64,000 bases of DNA, taken from positions 1,462 through 65,461 of the IMG/VR virus record IMGVR_UViG_3300014205_000024. The stretch is one strand, 5' to 3'. The notes beneath the pieces are model-generated. The model searched no databases and had not been told where the DNA came from. It was given only the letters and a program-made list of their open reading frames with translations. The translations under genes and the position numbers were made by a program. This DNA is from a virus (lineage: Duplodnaviria > Caudoviricetes). Positions 39,266 through 48,294 of the stretch are shown here, piece after piece (the stretch's first letter is position 1; each line of letters starts with the position of its first letter).

Positions 39266-40512
39266 GCCCCAGCCTCTCTCAATCCGGCCTCAATGGCATC
39301 GTCATCACTCATATCCATTTTGTTGGTAGGAGCGGGAGGACGGGTCAGACCACGACCCATGCTGGTTGTGGAACCCGCAGACTTGATCGCCTTGAGTTCA
39401 GCTTCCAACTTCTGCGCATACTGGGTCATCAGTTGAAGGTCCCCCTGCACCTTGGGGAATGCGGCTGCGAAGATCGCCGTCTGGGCGCGAACCCGAGGGT
39501 CCGTGCTTTCGAGGGCTTGCATGAAGCGCATTTCGGTTTCTTCCACGAAGGCGTTGTGTGATTCGATCTGCTTGCGCACATCATCATTCGCATCTTTGGG
39601 AATCTCCAGCTTGTTGGCCCATGCGGTGAGGGGTCGGACCTTGTCGATCTCTTCCAAGACCACAGATTGGAACTGTTCCCGTTCTTTAACGGCGACTTCC
39701 TCTTTCTGCTTCTTGATGGTGTCGTAGTTCTTGGTCGCACTCTCGATCTCTTTGGCCTTATCGCCTTCCAGCTTGAAGACTTCGTCCAGTTTGCTGACCA
39801 GCTTGTTCTTCTGGATGGCATACTCAGGATCGCCTTCGAGGGCGGACACCACATTCTTGGACCACCACTTCATGTCCTTGCTGCGGACACCACCAGATTC
39901 CTTCATGGCTTTAAGGTCTTCATCAGAGGCCCCGGCTTCTTTCATGATGCCGTAGATTTCCTCTTCGGCAGCACCGATGGCCGTCTCGAACTTCTTGGTG
40001 AACTCGGGATCACTCTTTACATCCATCGTGCGACGGAATGTGCGGAGTTCTTCGAGTTCCTTTTGAATAGGCTCGGGAAGTTTTTCGCCCTTCTCGTAGG
40101 AGGCCAGAGCCTTGACGGCTTCCTCATACTTCGGCTTGAGGGTGTGGACTTCCTTTTTGTAAGTCTCTGCCTTGGTGCGAAGGTCCTTCCACTGAGCCCG
40201 TTTTTCGGGGCTGTCATTGCGCGGTTCGGTGTATTCCTTGAACTCGGGGTCTTCTTCCTCACCGGGCTTCGGCGTAGGTGTAAGAGCAGGATCGGGATCA
40301 CCTTCCGGCTTGGGGGTGGGGTCGGGTTCCTCAGTAGGAGTCGGGGTGGGCTCGGGGGCTGGATCGCCTGTGGGCTTTGGAGTGGGTGTCGGAGTAGGAG
40401 TGGGCTCGGGCGTGTCTTGGTTCTCCAAGGGGAGAGCGTCAAGGGCTGCGTCCAGTGCGGCCAAATCAGATTGGTCAGTTACTTCGACGTTGGGGTTTTC
40501 GATGGGAGGCAT
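39262..40512 (-). CDS. capsid scaffolding protein
   Basis: Coiled-coil, P/T-rich N-terminus, short acidic C-terminal helix; between portal and MCP. Confidence 0.75.
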   Translation of the reverse strand: MPPIENPNVEVTDQSDLAALDAALDALPLENQDTPEPTPTPTPTPKPTGDPAPEPTPTPTEEPDPTPKPEGDPDPALTPTPKPGEEEDPEFKEYTEPRNDSPEKRAQWKDLRTKAETYKKEVHTLKPKYEEAVKALASYEKGEKLPEPIQKELEELRTFRRTMDVKSDPEFTKKFETAIGAAEEEIYGIMKEAGASDEDLKAMKESGGVRSKDMKWWSKNVVSALEGDPEYAIQKNKLVSKLDEVFKLEGDKAKEIESATKNYDTIKKQKEEVAVKEREQFQSVVLEEIDKVRPLTAWANKLEIPKDANDDVRKQIESHNAFVEETEMRFMQALESTDPRVRAQTAIFAAAFPKVQGDLQLMTQYAQKLEAELKAIKSAGSTTSMGRGLTRPPAPTNKMDMSDDDAIEAGLREAGA

Positions 40513-40524
40513 AGATTTCCTTTC

Positions 40525-40752
40525 TTAGATGTGGTCACGGGTTTTTCCGCCCTGCTTTTCAGGTGCGATCAATTTCTCGATGGTTCTCAAACATTGTTCA
40601 TACCCTTCGGCAATCGATGCGGTCTTCACCACATCTTCACCCTTGGATACGATGGGAGGACGCTGGGAGGCAACCTCCGCGAAGAGGTCCTTCCAGTGTT
40701 GCGATTGGGCTTGGGCTCGCAATTGGGCCTTGGTTTCATTTGCTAGTGCCAT
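40525..40752 (-). CDS. small protein following portal
   Basis: Typical small gene position after portal. Confidence 0.6.
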   Translation of the reverse strand: MALANETKAQLRAQAQSQHWKDLFAEVASQRPPIVSKGEDVVKTASIAEGYEQCLRTIEKLIAPEKQGGKTRDHI

Positions 40753-40756
40753 AAAT

Positions 40757-42928
40757 TTATCTCACTGGGGGCATCCCTGCGGCTGCGGCTGGCATTCCAC
40801 CAGCCATCAGTCCACTTTGGGGGAGTCCTTTGACGGCTTGCATGGCGGCTTGGAGTTCGCCATGAGCCTGTGCGCTGAATGCCATCTGTTCGGCAAGTCG
40901 GTCTTTCTGCGTTCCCTTGCCCTGTGCGGCTGCCAAGTGTTCGTCGAAGTGATCCAGCACATTGGACATGACGCCGAGACTTTCTTCGGTGAACCCGGCT
41001 TCCTTGAGGGATTCCATTAGGTGACCGGACTTCTGGATGATCACGTTCATGTGGATCATATCGTCGTCCCGTTGCGAGAGCGGAATCTTTTCCCCGATCA
41101 GGAGGGTCTGCATTTCGATCAACTGGAGCCGGGTCTGCTCGGAGGTGATGGTGTTGTCTTCCTCGGGGATGATCAACTCCTTGGCCTTGTTGTAGCCCAG
41201 CTTGGAACTGATGTGCTCGTTCATCAGTGCGGTCTGACGGATACTCGGATTGCCGATGTATTGTTTGGCGACTTCGTCAATCGCAGGAGCCAGACGAACC
41301 GCATCATCCTGCGCGGCTTCGCGTGGATTGCAGTTGGCCAACTCGAAGATTTCCTCGGGTTCAAGACCATCGCGCATCATATCCACACAGGCCATGATCG
41401 CATCGTAGTTCGGGTCGTTGTCATCAACCTGTGGGCCTTGGGCTTCTTTGCCGAGGATGCGGGAGATAAACCGGGCCATGGAGGCACGGATGCCACGGGC
41501 CTGCGACTGGACTTCCTTTGCATAGATGTCACGGGCCATCTGGATATTCGAGTCGCGACAGATTTTGCGCTGGATCATCCAGACCATGCGTTGGATTTGG
41601 CGCTCGAAGCGTTCCATGAATGCGTTGCGCAGTTCGATTTCAATCTCCTGCACGTATTTCACATATGCTGCCACACGTTGGTTGGTGTTGTCGTAAAGCT
41701 GGGCTGGCATGAATGCGCCTACCTGTAATTCCGCAAGCTGGGAGAAGTGTCTATCGAGGGCTTGGAAGGCTTCGTAGTTCACACGGAAGGTTGATGACTC
41801 AACCTCGAACTTCGGATCAACCACGGCTACCGGATGGGTGACGGTGATGGCGGCTTCGGTCATTCCGGCTGTGGTTCCCTTGAGGATTAGCATCCCGGCA
41901 AGATATAGGTTGTCTGCGATCAGGTTCCGGGATTGTTCAATGGAAACATGGGTGTTGTAGAGAACCCTTCCAGCCCCCATGGAGGCGTGGAGAAGTCCGT
42001 GCTGGACGGCGAAGTTGCTCAGGCAGTCCCGCATGGATTCAAACCGATCATGGCGCACGAAAAGAAGCTTCTTACTGTCCTCGTCGATGATGTAGTGGCT
42101 GACTTTCCCGGTGAGTTCCTTCACCAGAATATGGGCACCCTTGACCACGTTGACACCAGCTTGATAGGAGGCGCCAATGGTGGAGGCTCGGACAGTATCT
42201 TCGTATCGCCGCTCGTTGTCTGGTGTCGAGTTCTGGCGGGAGTCGTCAGGCTTGGCCTTGTTGATGGATTCAACCAGCGCCTCGGGAATCCATCCCGCCG
42301 CTTGGGATACTGCCGGGTTAATCAGGTTCTGCGCGAGTTCGTGGATGTAGAAGCGTTGGCGCAGTGCGAAAAGGGGAACGAGTGAGGCTTCCTGCGGACA
42401 TTCATCAGGGAAATAGGCATCGTCCTGACGGAAGAACTGGGGGAACCATGCTTCCTCGTCGGTGTATCCGACACTGGCATAGCCGAATACCACATTCTCA
42501 CCGGTGATGTCGTTGAGCATGTCATCCCAGCGTTCGTGTCTGCGGATTGTGCGGGTGATGGTGGTTCGGAAGGTTTCGCTTTTCTGGGTGGACTCGGGAT
42601 CGGTGGCATCGAGTTTGGATAGCGTGAGAACCGGGGTGGAATTGATGAAGCGGATCAGGGGCGGGACGATTCGTGATACCATCGTCGGGAGAAACCCGGT
42701 TGCCCGGTTGTTGCGCCAGTTCTGGTTGGCCGCATCGAGGTCGGCTTGGGACCATGGCTGTTCATGGTTCAGCTTGCCTTGGATTTTCGCATTCTTTTTG
42801 GTGCGATCATCGTTGGCTTTCTTGAGGGTTTCGTATGCGCCCCACACTTGGGATTCATCTTGGAATGCCCTGCGGAATTCCAGTGTGACGGGGTCGATTC
42901 TTTCTTGGGTTTCAAGTCCAGTGCTCAT
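40757..42928 (-). CDS. portal protein
   Basis: ~720 aa helical protein between TerL and scaffold. Confidence 0.75.
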   Translation of the reverse strand: MSTGLETQERIDPVTLEFRRAFQDESQVWGAYETLKKANDDRTKKNAKIQGKLNHEQPWSQADLDAANQNWRNNRATGFLPTMVSRIVPPLIRFINSTPVLTLSKLDATDPESTQKSETFRTTITRTIRRHERWDDMLNDITGENVVFGYASVGYTDEEAWFPQFFRQDDAYFPDECPQEASLVPLFALRQRFYIHELAQNLINPAVSQAAGWIPEALVESINKAKPDDSRQNSTPDNERRYEDTVRASTIGASYQAGVNVVKGAHILVKELTGKVSHYIIDEDSKKLLFVRHDRFESMRDCLSNFAVQHGLLHASMGAGRVLYNTHVSIEQSRNLIADNLYLAGMLILKGTTAGMTEAAITVTHPVAVVDPKFEVESSTFRVNYEAFQALDRHFSQLAELQVGAFMPAQLYDNTNQRVAAYVKYVQEIEIELRNAFMERFERQIQRMVWMIQRKICRDSNIQMARDIYAKEVQSQARGIRASMARFISRILGKEAQGPQVDDNDPNYDAIMACVDMMRDGLEPEEIFELANCNPREAAQDDAVRLAPAIDEVAKQYIGNPSIRQTALMNEHISSKLGYNKAKELIIPEEDNTITSEQTRLQLIEMQTLLIGEKIPLSQRDDDMIHMNVIIQKSGHLMESLKEAGFTEESLGVMSNVLDHFDEHLAAAQGKGTQKDRLAEQMAFSAQAHGELQAAMQAVKGLPQSGLMAGGMPAAAAGMPPVR

Positions 42929-43160
42929 GGGGGCAGGTTTCCGTTGCAAGACGCGATTTTAATGATACGAGGCAAGTGCATACGCCGCACTGCTTTGTTT
43001 CCGGTAGATAGTGCTCACATGCCTTGCATGCTGCAAGCCTATTCTTGCGGTCTTCTTCTGAAACGAGGTAAGGTCGGTTGGCAAGGAAGGATGATATGAC
43101 TCTTCCCGCTGCCTTGGTGACCAGCCAGACGGACTTGGCTTTTAATCGCGGAGCCAGCAT
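42912..43160 (-). CDS. small Cys-rich zinc-binding protein (DUF6171-like)
   Basis: RLAACKAC...QCGVCTCLV...CP. Confidence 0.7.
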   Translation of the reverse strand: MLAPRLKAKSVWLVTKAAGRVISSFLANRPYLVSEEDRKNRLAACKACEHYLPETKQCGVCTCLVSLKSRLATETCPHEHWT

Positions 43161-43717
43161 CGTGAGTCCCTCCCGCTTTTTGTTCCCAAGTGTCCCAACT
43201 CCAAATGAACGCCAGCAGAGATTTCCATGCCGTCGGCAGCACACCCACCAAGGGCATTCTTGATCTTGGACTTCCGGCCAGACCGGATGATGGCTGCTGA
43301 TGTTCGGGCAATCTGCGCGCAGTTCGGGCAATCGCCCTGATAAAGTTGGTTCATCGGACAGGTCGCGCAAATCTTGGCCCGACGGGTGGCTTCCTCTGGG
43401 GAAACATAATGAATCTTCACGGAGAGCATGGTGTCCAGCCAGACGTTGACCCGGTCCACAAACCTTTCGACATTCCGCTTGGGGACATCACCGGTTCGTT
43501 TGCCTCGACAGTAATCGGGAGCCCTGCCGCAAATCTGATCCTCGATTTCATCCAGCACGCTTCCTGTGACGATGCCGTGCCGGGTTCGGAATTCTTCCAC
43601 CAGCCGGATCAGGGTTTCGGGATCGCTGGCTTTGATCTCAATCTTCTGCCCACGGAATTCCTGATCGTAGGTCCACCCTCTCGGGGGAACCATGCCAGTT
43701 TTCATTCGGGTCTTCAT
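43142..43717 (-). CDS. Cys-rich protein
   Basis: EEATRRAKICATC...CPNC; QIC...YC. Confidence 0.7.
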   Translation of the reverse strand: MKTRMKTGMVPPRGWTYDQEFRGQKIEIKASDPETLIRLVEEFRTRHGIVTGSVLDEIEDQICGRAPDYCRGKRTGDVPKRNVERFVDRVNVWLDTMLSVKIHYVSPEEATRRAKICATCPMNQLYQGDCPNCAQIARTSAAIIRSGRKSKIKNALGGCAADGMEISAGVHLELGHLGTKSGRDSRCWLRD

Positions 43718-43721
43718 GGGA

Positions 43722-44078
43722 TTATCCTGCCACCGGAGTATCTTGGATGCCAAGGACTTTCAAACGCGCCTCCCTGCATGACCATCCCCCGACTGGGAAT
43801 AGAGCACATGGCGTTGGGCGTTCTTTGTAGATCGAGCAGGACACGCATTTCCCCGGTGTCCCAAATAGCGCTATACATCGTGATCCTTTTCCCGCATGAC
43901 GCCGATGGTTCCCATTGGGGAAACTCTTGTTCACTTGGGTATCCATCAGGGTGGGGCGCATGGGATTCCGGTAGATGTCAGGTATCCGGTCCTCCTTGAG
44001 AATCACGGGCCATGACCACCTGTAGGCGCAGCAAGCACCGCAGGACTGGCAGTCAAACTTATCCGGCTCTGCGTTCAT
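43722..44078 (-). CDS. YkgJ-family CxxCxxCC cluster protein
   Basis: CQSCGACC, RCIAL, CSIY.ERP..C..FP. Confidence 0.85.
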   Translation of the reverse strand: MNAEPDKFDCQSCGACCAYRWSWPVILKEDRIPDIYRNPMRPTLMDTQVNKSFPNGNHRRHAGKGSRCIALFGTPGKCVSCSIYKERPTPCALFPVGGWSCREARLKVLGIQDTPVAG

Positions 44079-44260
44079 GTTTTTCTAAGGCAACAAAATT
44101 TCAGCTTCTTTCCACTGCCGCATGCGCACGGACTATAGGGGTCTATCTGTCTGGACTTTCTCTCTCTGGAAGTAAGCTTCCTATTCACAATGACATACAT
44201 TCCTCTGTCCTTTGCGGGGATTTCTTTTTCTTCAACGATCATTCCTGTTCTTGTGTCCAT
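44075..44260 (-). CDS. SEC-C motif protein
   Basis: PYSPCACGSGKKLKFCC. Confidence 0.85.
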   Translation of the reverse strand: MDTRTGMIVEEKEIPAKDRGMYVIVNRKLTSRERKSRQIDPYSPCACGSGKKLKFCCLRKT

Positions 44261-44271
44261 GGTTTTCTTTC

Positions 44272-46095
44272 TTACATTCTCATGTAGTTGTGCCGATCTA
44301 CGACGGAAAACTTCGGTGTCCGTCGCTGTTGGCGTGTGGGCTTTTCTTTCCTAAAGAGTTCCTCTTTACCAGCAAGCATCCTCGCAGTCAAAATATCATT
44401 GAGCCGGAAGTCATGGACGAGCAGGTTGATGGAGTCTGCTTTGTCGGGGGATTTCTTTTCGTGCCTCCGCTTGTATTCATCCTTCGGTTCAACGACGGTG
44501 AGGCCCCGTGGCCCCGGCCCGTAGAGTCGGTCGGTCATCTGGATGAACAGGTCGGAGTCCACCCACATGTTCTTCCCGATCTTTACTGCCCCGAACTCCA
44601 TCATCTTCCTCGCAGCAAACCAAACCTCCGTATGGATTTTGTAGTAGAGTTGCTCGGCAATCTCTTCGTCATCCTCCATGATCTTGCGCCGGGTGCATCC
44701 CTCGGCAAAGTGAACCGCCCTGATCTCTGGCCCCAGCCGGGTTGGTTTCTTAAGAATGTCATAAACTCCTGATCCATTCCCGGTTCTGTCGAAGATCACG
44801 AAGCGGGGTTTGACCAGCATGGACTTGGTGATGTCGAAGATTCGATCAGCCACCTCGACGGTGTCCCCTCCTGGAATCTCCATGTAGCCATCAACCTGCA
44901 AGGCTGGCCGGGGTTCAGCAAACTTGATGAACTCCCCGCTATCATTCTCCCATCCAACAGCCCTTCCGCATCGTCCGTGGGCTCCGGTGATCTTGTCACC
45001 GGTCAGGGCCAAGTCCCATGCGAGTCCGCGTTCGACTTCACCGACAAAGACGTATTCCCCTTTGGCCGCATTGAAGATGTTTGGAGGAATGACGCTGATC
45101 TTTGAGCCCATGGTCGGTGGCCAGCCCCTCGCCTGACTCCACCATGTCGGGGAAGCTTCACCGCCTGAGGATGCGCGAAGTCGCTCAAATCCCTCAAAGG
45201 TCTGGAGGCCGGGAAAGACGACCTTCTGCTGAACGACGTTCTCGCACTGGGCCGCATCCAGATGCAGGACTTGGAACCCAGCTTCGGACATCCACTCGCT
45301 CTTAGTGCCAATATCAAACCATCCACCGGGGGGCTTGCAGCGGCGGCAGTATTCGGAGTTGATGTCGATGGGGTTGGTTGCTCCCACGATCTTCACGTGT
45401 TCCTCGTCGAAGGCAGCCAAGAGCATGTTGTCCACATCTTCCCAGATGCCCTCAGGTAGAAGTTCCGCTTCATCGAGGATTACCCGAACTCGGGTCATGG
45501 GAAACTTGGGATGGGGGGTTGTTCGGGGCCGGGGGGCCAGACCGCGCAGCCGACCCTTACCGGAGTTCTGCTGGGGCACGGTGAGTAGTTCCATGCCTGA
45601 GCGTTTATCGTTGGGGTCTGCAAGGATTCGGTCGCGCCTCGCAATTCCCACCATCGGAATAATTGTTTCTCTATGAAGCTCAAGTAGATGCGCAAACAAG
45701 TTGGTTTCTGCGTGGGCCGTGGAACAACTGACCACCTTAGTCATCGTATTGTAGGGGTCCCGTTGCCAGTCGAGGTAGAAATACGCCCCGGCGGTATAAG
45801 TTTTGGACATCTTCGCTGCCCCCAAGATAAGTAGGGCCTTGTTATTGCGAATGTTTCTCACTACGTCCTTCACGCACTGGGGGTCGGGGTTGTATCTCCC
45901 TTCCCCCCAGAGTAGAAGCGCGGCATCCGTCATCTTCTCCGCATCCAGTAGAGCCCTGACGTAGGCCCTCATGATGGACTGGGCTTGTTCGGGGTCGGTG
46001 GTGCGTGTGGGCTTCGCTGCGTCTTCGCAGATCGCATTGGAAGCATGCACTACCCCTTTGGCGTGGATCAGATGTCGGATTTGCTTGGGTGTCAT
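44272..46095 (-). CDS. terL: terminase large subunit
   Basis: GAAKMSKT Walker A, VILDEAE Walker B, AWD.A, FDRTGNG, SPDKADS. Confidence 0.9.
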   Translation of the reverse strand: MTPKQIRHLIHAKGVVHASNAICEDAAKPTRTTDPEQAQSIMRAYVRALLDAEKMTDAALLLWGEGRYNPDPQCVKDVVRNIRNNKALLILGAAKMSKTYTAGAYFYLDWQRDPYNTMTKVVSCSTAHAETNLFAHLLELHRETIIPMVGIARRDRILADPNDKRSGMELLTVPQQNSGKGRLRGLAPRPRTTPHPKFPMTRVRVILDEAELLPEGIWEDVDNMLLAAFDEEHVKIVGATNPIDINSEYCRRCKPPGGWFDIGTKSEWMSEAGFQVLHLDAAQCENVVQQKVVFPGLQTFEGFERLRASSGGEASPTWWSQARGWPPTMGSKISVIPPNIFNAAKGEYVFVGEVERGLAWDLALTGDKITGAHGRCGRAVGWENDSGEFIKFAEPRPALQVDGYMEIPGGDTVEVADRIFDITKSMLVKPRFVIFDRTGNGSGVYDILKKPTRLGPEIRAVHFAEGCTRRKIMEDDEEIAEQLYYKIHTEVWFAARKMMEFGAVKIGKNMWVDSDLFIQMTDRLYGPGPRGLTVVEPKDEYKRRHEKKSPDKADSINLLVHDFRLNDILTARMLAGKEELFRKEKPTRQQRRTPKFSVVDRHNYMRM

Positions 46096-46098
46096 GGC

Positions 46099-46542
46099 TT
46101 ACCGTTTCAGGCGCAGCGCACGATTCACATCTTCCTCGGGGAATGCCTTGATCTTCCAACTGCGGAAGTTCTTGAGCAGCCGCTGGGCCATGTCCACCTT
46201 GCAACCAAAGTTGGATTTGCCAAGTGCAATCCTCCCCTCCAGCGCACCTTTGACCAGCGCACTCTTGGTGACGATCTCAAGGTCCCGTTCAGCGAGATTC
46301 TTGAATTTGTCGTTGATGTGGCAGATGGCGGCGATCAAAGTCGCAGCTTCCACGGTGTTTTCGCCATAGGGTTCAAAGAACTGCACGCGCTGGACTTCCT
46401 GCCCGTCGAGGCGGTAGTGTCCGGTGGCGAAGCCGGGGAAGGACGAGCGCAAGCTACCAGAGAAGACGAAGCGCACGGTGGCGTCAGACTTCTGTTTGTG
46501 ATCCACTTGGATTGGCAGTTCAAATTGTTCTACTACAAACAT
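46099..46542 (-). CDS. RNase HI-fold protein lacking catalytic carboxylates
   Basis: Spacing of FSGS..., TVEAATLIAAI, IVTKSALV, AQRLLKNF, P.EDVNRA follows RNase HI secondary structure. Confidence 0.5.
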   Translation of the reverse strand: MFVVEQFELPIQVDHKQKSDATVRFVFSGSLRSSFPGFATGHYRLDGQEVQRVQFFEPYGENTVEAATLIAAICHINDKFKNLAERDLEIVTKSALVKGALEGRIALGKSNFGCKVDMAQRLLKNFRSWKIKAFPEEDVNRALRLKR

Positions 46543-47058
46543 CTTTTTGCTCCCCGCAAGTTACTCTAATGCAGGCTGATCTGGATGCAATCCAAAATAA
46601 TAGTTGATCCCACGGGGAGTTGGTGTATGGTTCATTTATCCAAGCGGGGTGCAATCCGTGAGGAAACTCAGGGATCATCCCGCAAAGAAGCCCGATCAAG
46701 GTCTGCACCCCCTTTGGTCGGGCTTTCTGCTTTCTAGCCCATGCCTCCTGTCGAGGAAAAGCATCGGCCCACCCACGCCTGAAAATGGTTGATGGTTCAA
46801 GGTCGGATCGGTATGGGGGAGCGTTGAACGCCAAAGCAGCAATGCCTAATCCCACCTCCTGTAAATCGTGTTCCCCAGCAATGGGGAGTGAGCGTCGGTA
46901 TCTTAGTGTGCAACTGGCACTCCGAGCTAAGCCCCGGCTAGAGTTTCTGCAACTTCCTATTCAACAGGGGTGGTTGACTTAACTGCTTATCCCTCGGTGG
47001 GGTGAGCCGTAGAGATGCACTGAAACCTTTCAAGGGGTGGATTAACCTAAGGAGAAGT

Positions 47059-47409
47059 ATGAAGCAGTTTCCGATGATACAGAAGCCGAAAAGACCAACA
47101 GAGTTTGAGCTACAGGCTGACCTCTATGCCCGACTCAAGGCTGAAAAATACGATGTCAGGGGTGAAGTTTCTGCCTACCATGATGGAACTGGCAGCAGAA
47201 TGGACTTGGTGATCTTTGTGAACGGATTCGCATCAGTGGTCATCGAAGTAAAGGACACCCCGCATTGGGATGCTGTCAGAGGAAAAAAGACACGGCAGCG
47301 CAGAAAGTATGAGCAGTATGGGATTCCGCTTCTCTACTATACCCCGGAGTTTACTATTGAAGGAACCTTGAAGCGCATTAGAAGTTTGATGAAAGAGTGT
47401 GGATATTAA
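47059..47409 (+). CDS. PD-(D/E)XK (DUF559/Vsr-like) endonuclease
   Basis: TEFE...RMDLV...VIEVKD...Q...Y. Confidence 0.7.
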   Translation: MKQFPMIQKPKRPTEFELQADLYARLKAEKYDVRGEVSAYHDGTGSRMDLVIFVNGFASVVIEVKDTPHWDAVRGKKTRQRRKYEQYGIPLLYYTPEFTIEGTLKRIRSLMKECGY

Positions 47410-47597
47410 TGAAGAAAGAGAAAGAGAATCAGAAGCCAGTGTTGGCATACCCTCCGTGTGCCTGTCCTGATTGTAATGAGTGGATTGCTGAGGATGATCC
47501 CTTCCAGAGAATTGGATTTCATGGAAAACCCTACTGCCTTCGCTGTGGAACATTTCTGCTGAACCAAGAAAAGGGGAGAAAGATGGGATACAACTGA
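47409..47597 (+). CDS. small zinc-finger protein
   Basis: CPDC...YCLRC. Confidence 0.55.
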   Translation: MKKEKENQKPVLAYPPCACPDCNEWIAEDDPFQRIGFHGKPYCLRCGTFLLNQEKGRKMGYN

Positions 47598-47776
47598 AAA
47601 TAAAACGGCAGCCCAAGACCGAAAGGAGGGAACCATGTCAGAACCCCTGTCACCGTCACCGATGACAAAATCTTGGACTGCCTTGAAGTGAAGCCTACAA
47701 AGAATCTTTCCCCAGTCCACCGATTTCTGTTGCACTCAGCCGTTCGTTCAGCCATTATCTAAACCGAAAGCAAACC

Positions 47777-48289
47777 ATGAAAGAAGTTCCCAACCATACA
47801 GGATGCCCGGTTCAGCCGCTTGAGAAGTTCCGTCCGCATCCCATGAATCCGATCCTCCACCCACCGGGGCAGATCAATCTCTTGGCCAATATCCTTGAAT
47901 ACCAAGGCTGGCGCAACCCGATTGTCGTATCCGAGTTGTCAGGCTACATCGTCGCTGGCCACGGAAGACTCGCCGCTGCGATCCAGCTTGGGCTTGATGT
48001 GGCCCCCATCAGCAGCCAAAAGTTTACCGACGAAGCGCAGGAAATCGCGCACATGCTGGCCGACAACCGCATCGCGGAACTCGCCATCAAGAATCTGAAT
48101 AATCTCAAAGACCTCGTCCTCCACATTGATACCGGAGCGTTCAACATGGACTTGACTGGTTTTACTGAGGAAGACCTTTCCACCCTGTTCATGCCACCGA
48201 AAGAGCCTGAACCCGAACCCCAACCCAAGGAGATCAAGAGCGAAGAGACTTGCCAGCAATGCTGCCGCCGCGTCCACTTCCTTGATTAA
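47777..48289 (+). CDS. ParB/Srx-like N-terminal domain protein
   Basis: PHPMNP..H...GWRNPIVV...IVAGHGR...ADNR. Confidence 0.85.
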   Translation: MKEVPNHTGCPVQPLEKFRPHPMNPILHPPGQINLLANILEYQGWRNPIVVSELSGYIVAGHGRLAAAIQLGLDVAPISSQKFTDEAQEIAHMLADNRIAELAIKNLNNLKDLVLHIDTGAFNMDLTGFTEEDLSTLFMPPKEPEPEPQPKEIKSEETCQQCCRRVHFLD

Positions 48290-48294
48290 ATACC

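Noticed and set aside
46520-46855. 111-aa ORF upstream of the RNase H-like gene
   Set aside because: Its GTG start overlaps the apparent RBS, the composition is atypical and the region is hairpin-rich; left uncalled.
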